The notes below the pieces were generated by a model. That model saw nothing but the letters and a program-made list of their open reading frames with translations, made no database searches and was not told the origin of the DNA. A stretch of 64,000 nucleotides of DNA. Origin: Basidiobolus meristosporus CBS 931.73. Its lineage: Eukaryota; Fungi; Basidiobolomycota. Where the stretch lies: assembly GCA_002104905.1 (NCBI GenBank), contig MCFE01000199.1, positions 62,001 through 126,000 on the forward strand. The letters run 5' to 3'. Position 1 is the first letter of the stretch. Every line of letters begins with the position of its first letter. Position numbers and translations under genes: made by a program. Below are positions 38,614-48,617 of the stretch, in pieces.

Positions 38614-41600
38614 ATGAACTCTATGCCGTTACCACTCTCACATGGAGCCCCACAGTTTGATGGAAAGAATGTGGAGAGCTTCATATTCAAATGGGAGAAG
38701 CTCTGCAAGATGTGCAGCCTATCTGAACAAGAAATGGCTGAAGACTTCCCCTACTACTGCACTGATGATATTACTACCAAGCTTCTCAGACAAGGAGACA
38801 TTCTGACTGACTGGACCTTAATGAAGACCTACCTACAGACCGAGTATGGCAGACCCCAGATATACTATGGAATTGAAGACCTCAGACACTTTGGAGGATG
38901 GGACTCTCCAAGCTACCAATTGAAGAGTTCATTCAACAATATGAAGATATGGCCAAGCCACTCCTAGAGTCCCAGGCAATAACTGAGTTTACCATGACAC
39001 TTTACCTTGCACAAGGGCTTCCCCAGGAGTTGGCAAGGAAAGTTGACCTACATGCAGCCAAGGATGACAAGTCTGGCATTCCTTGCTTTGCAGAGATGAA
39101 ACGTGTACTCCTAGAGGCAAAGCAAACTTCTACCTTTATGAGACTCCTGACATCTAATCTGCCAGACCAGCCAACCAAGGAGCTAAAGAGTGCTGTTGCT
39201 GACAATCAGACCTACACTACCGACAGAATTGACCAACTTGCTGAACAGCTACAAAAGCTAGCCCTCAAGATTAACGGCTCAGCTGAGGTAGCTACTGAGG
39301 GCCAAAGAGCTTTGCCTAGACACTGCATTTGGTGTGACTCTACTCAGCATGCCAGACGAGAATGCTCAGAGCTTAGCCAGCTACTTAGAGAAGGAACAGT
39401 ACAGTTTGATGCTGATGGAATGCTTGCTGATAAGGAAGGAAAAAGGATTCCCACTAATTTCCGAAGAGGCAGAATGAGAGCCCTTTTCCAGAAGTCTGAC
39501 TCAGCAACTAGAAAGATTACTGTTGATGCCCCTATTGAGACTCATACAGTGAGTCCAAACAGCCCTGACAACAGAAAATACAAAGTAGACACCTTTGCTA
39601 CTAAGAGACACCTTCCTGAAGAACCTGTCAAACCCATCCTTAGAAGACCACGATTTGAAGAGCCTGAGGTTATTCATTGACAAGAGGCCTGGAACACTGC
39701 CCACCCAAGACCCATTACCTCACTTTCAGATGACCTCAAAGATAGCAGGCTACTCAAGCCCTCAATTGATTACTGAGAAACTGCTGAAGCAGAACCTCAC
39801 TTTGTCAGTTGGAGAAATCATGAGTGTATCACCGTCTGTTAGGAAGACCTTTGATGAGCAGCTTAGAACAAGAAGACAAGCTGTTGAACATATGGACACC
39901 CATATAATCCAGACAAACCATGAAGACCACAAAAAGGATGACAACGCTACCAAATATAAGACCTTTTACTCAGTTGCAACTGCTGTGGTGAAAGGGTATA
40001 TATATGATGACCCTGTTGACTGCCATATTGACAGTGGTTCAGAGATTTGTGTTATGCCGCTAGACTTCTGGAAGACACTTAGAAGCAAGGAGCTACTGCC
40101 TGTTGATAGAGATATTGGATGGAACATGACTGATGCAAACTCAGGGTCTAGCCCACTCTATGGTGTAGTGCACAAGTTCCCTATTGAGGTACAAGGAATC
40201 AAGGTCTGGCTTCCCCTCTTTATCTGCCAGAAGGCAAACTTTGACCTTCTGTTAGGCAGACCATGGGAGACCAGTACTAAGGCTACAACTACCAACTATT
40301 CTGATGGGTCAGTGTGGTACACTATACAAGGATCCAACCCAGGACTACAGTCAACATTCTGTGGGGTAACACCCAACAATAAGAGGACACATACCGCTTG
40401 CCAGAAGACACATCTTGTTATAGAAGAAGATGAGGAGCCTGACAGTATACACCCTAACAGTTGGAGCTGCTCATTAGGTATACAGGAGCAGTCAGCTATG
40501 GTTTGCACAAAATACAAGACAGTGGAACAGAAGATTAGACCATCACTTACACCTTTAACTGATGGGTCTTGACCTGCTGATTACATCAGACCACCAGAAG
40601 GAACACCAGAAGATATACAACTTACACCTGAGAGACTTAAGCAACTTATCATTGGTGATGGAAACCTAACACTGGAGGAGATCTTACTATTTGAAGAAAC
40701 CCTGAAAAGGCATGATAAGGTTTTCTCATATAACAACAAGGAGATGGGACTCTTAACGACATTGGTTGAAAAACCTATCAAAATTCATACAGTGCCCCAC
40801 ACACCCTGGTCATTTAAACCTTACCCACTGCCTAGAGGACTCCAAGCTGATGTGCATGACCTACTTAAGAAGAAGATTGAAGCTGGTATCCTAGAACCTT
40901 GCCATGGACCTTATGCTAACAGATGGTTTGTGACCAAAAAGAAGAATGGGAAGCTCCGATTCATTCAAGAAATGCAACCTGCAAATGCTGTCACTATCAG
41001 AGATGCCGCAATACCTCTGTCTATTGATGACTTTGCAGAAAGCTTTAGTGGTCACTCCATCTACTCAACCTATGATCTCTACTCAGGATATGACCAGATT
41101 CCCCTAGATGAGACATCAAGAGATATGTTTGCACTCCAGACACCATTTGGACTGTTAAGAATGACAAGACTTAGCCAAGGGGCAACAAACTCCGTGGCTC
41201 AGTTCCAGAGGTGCATGGTAAATGTGCTCTACCGGTTTATACCTGAGAAACTTGCTGTCTTTGTTGATGACATAGGCATCAAAGGACCAAAACTCCGGGA
41301 CACAACTGAAGTTATGCCTGGAGTAAGAAAGTTTGTCTATGACCATATTTCAGACAATGATGCCATATTAGGAGCCATTGAAGAAGCTGGACTCACCATC
41401 AGTGGTGAGAAAAGCAGCTTTGGTGTATCAGAGATATCCATTGTTGGACAAAAATGCAACACCTTTGGTTGTTCACCCGGAGACTCCAAGACACAAAAGA
41501 TATGCAACTGGCCTACCCCCACAAATCTAACACAAGCTTGTGGCTTTGTGGCAGCTTGTGGGTTCTTTAGGATCTGGATCCCAAGATTTTCTGAGATAGC

Positions 41601-43467
41601 AGAACCAATCTACCAACTACAGAGAAAGAATGCCCCATTTAACTGGGGAGAAGAGCAAGAAGAAGCCATGCAATTACTAAAAGAGGCCTTAGTATCTCCA
41701 CCAGTTCTGAGACCTCTTGACTATCAGAACACTGAATGCCCACCTATCTTGACAGTGGATGCAAGCCCTGTAGGAGCTGGAGCACTACTTGGCCAAGATG
41801 ATGAAGATGGTTACCGCTATGCCTGCAGATATGAGAGCTGCCTCTTCTCTCCTAGAGAACAAAGATACTCACAGATTAAGAGAGAGCTACTAGGAGTTGT
41901 GAAGATGCTGAGAAAGCTGAAGTCACAACTCTACATGACACATTTCATCCTGGAGACAGATGCTAAGCCACTTATAGGAATGATCAACAAGCCTGATCTA
42001 CCTGATGATGCCACAAATTGGTGGATGGCATGGCTGAAAATGTTTGACTTTGAGGTCAGACATATCCCTGGCAAGACAAATGTTGTGGCTGATGCACTCT
42101 CCAGGAAGGGACCACAGTTGTCTGAAGATATGGACCCTGACTTTGATGATATAATTGATGCAGAAATCCAACAACTACACGTGAAGAAGCCCAGCAACTC
42201 TGCATGGAACACCATTCAAGACTATCTGAGAACCTTAGAGAAGCCACCAGGAATGAGCCCACATGATTTCAGAAAGCTCAGGAAGAAGGCCCATCATTTC
42301 TACATAAAAGATGGCCTCCTCTTCAAACGAGTAAAGCCTGGACAGACACCAAGAAGAGTTATAGTTGAGCCCCAGGAACAACTGACTATTATGTCAAGCC
42401 TTCATGAAGGAAGACCCGGTGGTCATAGAGGCAGAGATGCCACTTACAATGTTGTTTCCAGTAGATACTACTGGGAGCATATGTATCATGATGTCCAACA
42501 CTTTGTTGAATCTTGTGACATTTGCCAAAGAAGGTCAACCAAGAGATATGAGGAGCCGCTCCATCCAACCTACACACCTTGTCTATGGCAGAAGGTTGGC
42601 ATTGACCTGGTCCACATGCCAACTGCTGGAACCAAAAAGTACCTTGTTGTTGCCAGAGATGATCTGAGTGGGTGGGTAGAAGCTTGAGCCCTACCCAATA
42701 ACAAAAGCCACACCATATGGAGATTTATTCTTGAAGATATAATATGCAGATTTGGCTGCATCAGCCAGTTTGTTGCTGACCAAGGAGAAATGACCTCAAA
42801 TTTGATCCAGGAACTCTGCTCACAATACAAGATTCATATTGCTTTCAGTACCGCTTATCACCCACAGGCCAATGGAATGGTTGAAAGAGGCCATGGCCCG
42901 TTAGTTAACTCCCTGGTCAAGAGCTGCAACAACATGACACTACAGTGGCCTACACAACTTCATCTAGCACTCTGGGCAGATAGAATCACTACAAAGCGCA
43001 GCACAGGTCTATCTCCATTCAAATTGCTTTACGGACATGATTGCGTTCTTCCTATAGAGCTTGACTCAATATCCTGGAACATGCTAGAGTGGAGAACTAC
43101 AATGAGTCCAGAAGAACTACTGACTACACGCATCAAACAGCTTGATCACCATGAACTTGATATTACCCAAGCAGCTGCTAAACTCAATGAGACAAGACTT
43201 CAGAACAAGGAACCATTTGACAAGTCACATAGCCTTAGACCAAAGCCATTACTGCAAGGAGATCCAGTACTGCTCTATGATTCCACTTTAGACAAGCAGT
43301 GGAGTCGCAAATTTGACATTAAGTGGTCTGGCCCATATATTGTCTCTAAGGTGATTGGAAATGGAAGCTACTACCTGTCTGAACTTGATGGAACACCGTT
43401 AAGAGCACCTGTGGCAGGAAACCGACTTAAGCTATTCAAGCACCGGAATTTTGCACATCACATTTAG
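38614..43467 (+). pseudogene. pol: B2 gag-pol, broken by two 1-bp indels and CGA>TGA stops (40570, 42685)
   Basis: Same domains as B1. Confidence 0.93.
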
Positions 43468-46400
43468 TTTGCTTTGACCTGAGTTCAAAGCTGAGAGGGG
43501 GGTGGATGTAGTGGGGTCACAGTGACACCCACAGGCAGATGTGCTCATTCTTATGCGTTCACTTCCCTAAAAAGGATTACCCTGCCTATATTATTATCAT
43601 CCCAAATTTGCAATATTTCCTATTTTTGTCTATGTGATTATTACTATGCAACCTGACAAACTATTTGTCACTATTAACCCATTGCACAAGCTATTCTTAT
43701 TCCTTGCCAAGATGCCAAGATAAGATAGTTACCTTATAAGGCAAGTACCCCAACAGTGCCCATGTCACGTGACCATCTTGGTTTCATAACCCCCATCTCA
43801 CTACCATAAGAGGCAACCACATGACACAGAGGTTTCATATTACCACTACCTGATTGGCTAGGTGCTACTATGTCTCATGGAACAATCCGCCAAGAATTTG
43901 CGCTATTTTTAGTACACAAAGACATGATTGGTTGTCTAGTACCTTCTGGAAACTTCCGGAAAGTATTTTCTAGCAAGAATTTGAGCAGCAAAAAAAAAAG
44001 TATATAAGGAAGGCTATCCCTTAAAATAAATGATCCCTCTTCCAATATTCCGACTTATTGATTAGTGAGATCACCGCTACCTATTACCACTATTTTCTGA
44101 CTCAGACCTGACGACACTCCCAGGAAACCGTGCTGACAGCCAACTGACCTTGGAGGCACTACTTGTGAGGAATACTCAGAGTAGGTATATTTTATTATAT
44201 TTGTTTGTTTTCCCAAGTTTGTTCTTGTACAGGCAAAGATACTTTTCAGTCTTTGTAACTATTGGTCAAAGCTGCATTCTTATCAAGTCCCTGTTGGTGG
44301 AGTTTACAGTTGTTTTGACTTTGGAAGCTTTGGTACATTGTCATCTCAAAGGACGTCAAAGCCATTATAAACTTTTGTTAAGACGCCAACTAAGTTGGGG
44401 ATTGTAGTTCAATAGTTTTCCCTTGACAAGCTTGAGGCTTTATCCCCCATCATATTAGATTAGATAAAAGACCCAGTATTCCTAGCAAGCTTCTGCCAGA
44501 GGTTATTGCACCCAGTGAACACCCCACACACATTCACACTTGAGAAGTGTTGGCCGTATTTTGCCCTCTGGACTTAAACACCACCACACCGCAACATAAC
44601 AACCACATGAGATGTATCAGGTGAGACAGCTAAAAATAGATTCCAAGAAGTGACAAAGTAAACCATAATGGGATTATTTATGTTTGGGTTAGGGGAAATC
44701 AGTTAGGGTACTATATTTTCTTATGGGGTAAAATAGGCTAAGTTTTAAATCATAATGCACAACACACCTGAATAAACACACATCCAGTTTACTCAGTCCT
44801 TGCACTTGAATTGCTACATAGGTGTATGAATGTTGATTGGAGCCTGTAAGAAGTACTTAGGGTAGCAGATACTGCATAATATCTTACCAGTTCTTTCAAA
44901 TTTCTCAAGTCTCTTGATGGGCTCATTTAGCTTGAAATGCCCAATGTACAACTTGGTCATCAGTACAGAGATATTGTTGAAAAGCAAAAGCATTCCACCA
45001 GGAGCAATGCTTTTGCTCAACAGACACCCTCTATCTTATGTGTCATTGGTTTCTAATTACTTCCATATACTGGTTGATGGCCTATAGCTTGCCAACTTTG
45101 CCACAATTGTATACTGATTTCTTTACATTCTCTTTGCAGGAAGATGATGTTTGTAGTGCGGGTGTCTGGGTAATAATAATATGCGTGAACTATGGAGTAA
45201 GTCCCCTGGATCTCACACATTTCACAGCAGTACCATCTAATGTTCCTGGAAAAGCAAGTTACCTTGCTGATGGCTGGGGTATCTTCAATGCCAATGTTAA
45301 TATGTGCTTTGACAGGACAGCCATTTACTGTTATCCCACTGGAAAGCATACAAAGCTCATCTAGCAATGTATATAAGCTGCTTTCCAGGCTAGACAGATA
45401 TTTAGGCCCAGTTACCAGTGAGACTACCATTTGATTTCTACTCTGATACCATAAAATAGGAAGTAGATGCAGAGTGATGATAATTAGTGGCCAGCAGGAT
45501 TTGCAAGTGGTGTACATGTTTAATGGGAATCTATTAAGTGTCAAGGCAAAGGTATGGTCATACATATGTTCAAAGTAGGCCTTGCTTCTTAGCTGCTAAT
45601 AATATTGACCATAAATATAATGTATATGTTTATGCTTGATTGTTACTGAACACAGTACTTTATAGCTTCACAATAATTGTTAGACTGCATGAGCTCCTTT
45701 GGATGGGGTATTACAAAATAAATCCAGAGTATGAACAATGTTTTCCCTGAATGGTGGTGGATACCTGGCAACTTGGACACCTTGCAATGGTGGCATTTTC
45801 TGATGTGAATGCCATGCAACTGTTTACACAGTCTGGTACAAGGATGGTTGTCAGGTTATATATTGCCAGCCACATCATGGTTGTCCATTTATACCATGTA
45901 CATGGTAAGTTGCATCCTGGATTGATTTAGGCAAGAAGTAGTGGTAAATTGTCAAATTCCCCTTCACTGATATTGGAGGAAATGGGCCACTTCTATAGCC
46001 ACAACATCACATGATTCACCAATATATGGACTACTGGGCTCACTTGACTCCATAGAGTATCTTTGGCACTTTTTCCACAGGTGTTGTCTCATTGCATAAC
46101 AGGATTTTGTTAGGCTCATGCTAGGTACTGTTGTAAGGGGAGATAGGCCCACAATTCATCAGTGAGCCAGCTTCTTCAGAGCTATCACTCTGCATGCCAT
46201 ATTCAGAAGGCCAGGGTGAGCCTAATAGCATCACAAACGTACCTGCCTCAGTATGCACAAGGTGACAAGTACAGCCAGGTGCTGAAATAGATCTCTCAAG
46301 TGGCCAGCAAGATATTGTTGGTACAGTGATGACTGATGAATGGTCAAGTATGACTTGTGTGGCAATACACCGGCTGTGATTGCTGTAATACTTCCTATGC

Positions 46401-46739
46401 TATCTGTGTGCTTCACAACTGCAAGTCTTGATGCAATAGCCACATGGTCTGCTTCCTATTCTCTCATGGTGTTGAATCAAAGTTGTCTTGTTCATGGGGC
46501 AAACAGTTTGATGCTTAACACAAAATGCTATTGTATCATTTTTTTGCCAATACCCATGTGACTTTAAGGCAGTTTTGTATTTGAAACATTGCACCTACAC
46601 AAATGTTAGACTCAATGAAGACCAGCCATAGTGAGCATTATAAATAAAGCTGTAGCACCACATACATACTTATATTTAGTACAATTTCTCCTTGTTGTGG
46701 CTCACTTCCATATGGGTGCTACCAAAAAATGAAGCAGAG

Positions 46740-48386
46740 CACAAAACATCCCTCCTTAAGAATTTTATTAACGTTATTAACCGCATCTTTGTCATCAACA
46801 ATATCCCCACCGCTGGCACCCTCAACCCTTCCATCTTTTGCAAAGGTATCTTCCCCAATCTCAATCACATCTCCCATTCTCAAACCTCCAAACTTGACCA
46901 ATTAGAAGAAATTGCCATCACCCTCTCTACTCATGCCCTCTCTTACCTTAAATCCTCCTCTCGCATATCTGTCAACAAAAAACTTATCCCCATTAAAGTC
47001 AAATATTCCCCCTGCTCCAGTTACTATTTCTCCACCACTAACTCCTTTGCCACCAAACTTAAATCCTCCCTCTCCAAAACTTTTATCTCTGATGATAATA
47101 TTACTTTCAAATCCGACAAAATTACCACCAAAATTACCTCTAACAGCCTCTCCCAAATTAGTGATCACATCATCTCCTTAGATGAACAAATCAATAAACA
47201 ACTCAAATCCCTCTTCCTTAGCAGCCTCCGTCATCTCTCCTCCTACAAAAACATCTTCCGCCCCATCAAAACCTTTGTTGTCAAATTTGACCTCATCAAA
47301 TCTAACCACAAAGCCGCTTGCCTCTACAACTTTTGTTGCCCCGTCCTCAACCCCTCCCACAAAAGTTATTTTAAAGCCTCCAATCTCCGCCACCCCATCA
47401 TTTAACGTCTCCAAACTAACCTAGAATATGTCCCCAACAATATCACCATCAGTACCAACAACCACAACGGTATCATCTTTTACTCCATGAACTCCTGCGG
47501 CAAAACCAGCCTCCTCAAAGCATGCGGCCTCTCCATCATCCTTGCACAAATGGGCTCCTTTGTCCCCGCCTCCTCTTTTGAATTCTCTCCCTACAAATCT
47601 CTTATGACTTGCATCCTCAGCAAAGATAATTTCCTCAAAGGCCAATCATCTTTTGTCGCCAAAATGTCTGACCTTAGAAACATCCTCAAACGTGCCAATC
47701 CCTACACTTTAGTTCTTGCCAACAAAATTACCCACGGCACTGAACACATTTCCGGCTCCACCATTTTTGCCTCCAGCGTCATGACCCTGGCCAAACAAAA
47801 TATTAGTTTCATGTTCATCACCCACCTTCACAACATCTACAAATTTATCAAAGATATCCCCAACGTTAAAGTTTTTCATCTCTCCGTTAAATTCCAACAT
47901 ATTAATTCTAAAAACGTTATTATCTTCAAATGCAAAATTAAAGAAGGCCCCTGTGACTCCATTTATGGCCTCAAAGTCTGCAAATTCCTTAACATGGACT
48001 CTGACTTCCTCCAAAAAGCTTTCCAAATCCGTTCCAACATTCTGTCCTGTGAAGATAAAACTTGTCCCACTTTTGCCAATGGTCTCCTAAACCAATACAC
48101 CAAATCTAGCCGTTACAACAAAGATAAACTCGTCTACAAGTGTCAAGTCTGCAACTACGTCTCTACTCAACATACCAACATTCCCATTGATGTCCACCAC
48201 ATCCAACATCAACAGTCCTCTGACCCAAATGGCATCATCAACCACCGCCATAAAAATTCCAAATCTAATCTTGTTGCTCTTTGAAAAAATTGTCACATTA
48301 AAACTCACCAAAATAAACTACAAATTAACGGCTATGCCAGCACCACCAAAGGTCTTATCCTAGACTTTAAACAAGAACCAATCTGA
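46740..48386 (+). pseudogene. mutS7: 5'-truncated MutS7-type gene (MutS ATPase domain V + C-terminal HNH), probable giant-virus (Nucleocytoviricota) origin
   Basis: One frame through two stops: LRHPII*R..YVPNNI..MNSCGKTSLLK.CGL.IILAQMGSFVPA..DN..KGQSSF..M..L..IL..LVLANKITHGTE..FITHLH..YGL..SRYN..CQVC..DVHHI..HKN..NLVAL*KNCH..H..INGY. Confidence 0.9.
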
Positions 48387-48420
48387 CTTAACTCCTTTCC
48401 TTATCTCTCCCCTCTTTTTA

Positions 48421-48617
48421 AAAAACACACCTTCTATAACCCACATCCTGCCACCCTTTTATTTTACAAACATCAAACGCTCAACTAGAATTATTATCTT
48501 TCCCTATTACCCTTAAAAAAAACAGCACACACATTCTATAACCCAACTCCAGCCACCCTTTTTATTTTACAAACATCAAACGCTCAACTCAAATTATTAT
48601 CTTTCCCTATAACCCTT
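48421..48617. repeat. Two imperfect ~90-100 bp direct repeats downstream of MutS7
   Basis: TTCTATAACCCA...GCCACCCTTTT(T)ATTTTACAAACATCAAACGCTCAACT..AATTATTATCTTTCCCTAT.ACCC occurs twice. Confidence 0.85.

Larger units (their letters stand above)
38400..44588 (+). mobile_element. Ty3/Gypsy element B2 (5' LTR reduced to last ~75 bp 38400-38475, PBS, gag-pol, PPT, 3' LTR 43507-44588)
   Basis: ORFs 38614-38967, 38898-39680, 39595-40572, 40744-42687 and 42790-43467 match B1; PPT GAGAGGGGGGTGGA before TGTAGT. Confidence 0.95.

Noticed and set aside
43300-43467. Chromodomain explaining family-B targeting
   Set aside because: Integrase ends shortly after the GPY motif, with no room for a chromodomain
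32306-44588. Whole palindrome as a fold-back read artefact
   Set aside because: Arms differ by biologically patterned CpG transitions and have different outer flanks; only the centre remains suspect
32302-44592. B1+B2 as one integrase-inserted dimer with a TSD
   Set aside because: Flanks are GCGG and CCGC (inverted), not a direct duplication
44686-44708. Interstitial telomere (TTAGGG twice)
   Set aside because: Only two separated hexamers; expected by chance
46719-48311. Several minus-strand and alternative-frame ORFs overlapping MutS7
   Set aside because: Shadow ORFs caused by the extreme C-rich/G-poor codon bias
46740-48386. Host nuclear MSH gene
   Set aside because: Intronless, 5'-truncated, C-terminal HNH, alien composition, embedded in a transposon
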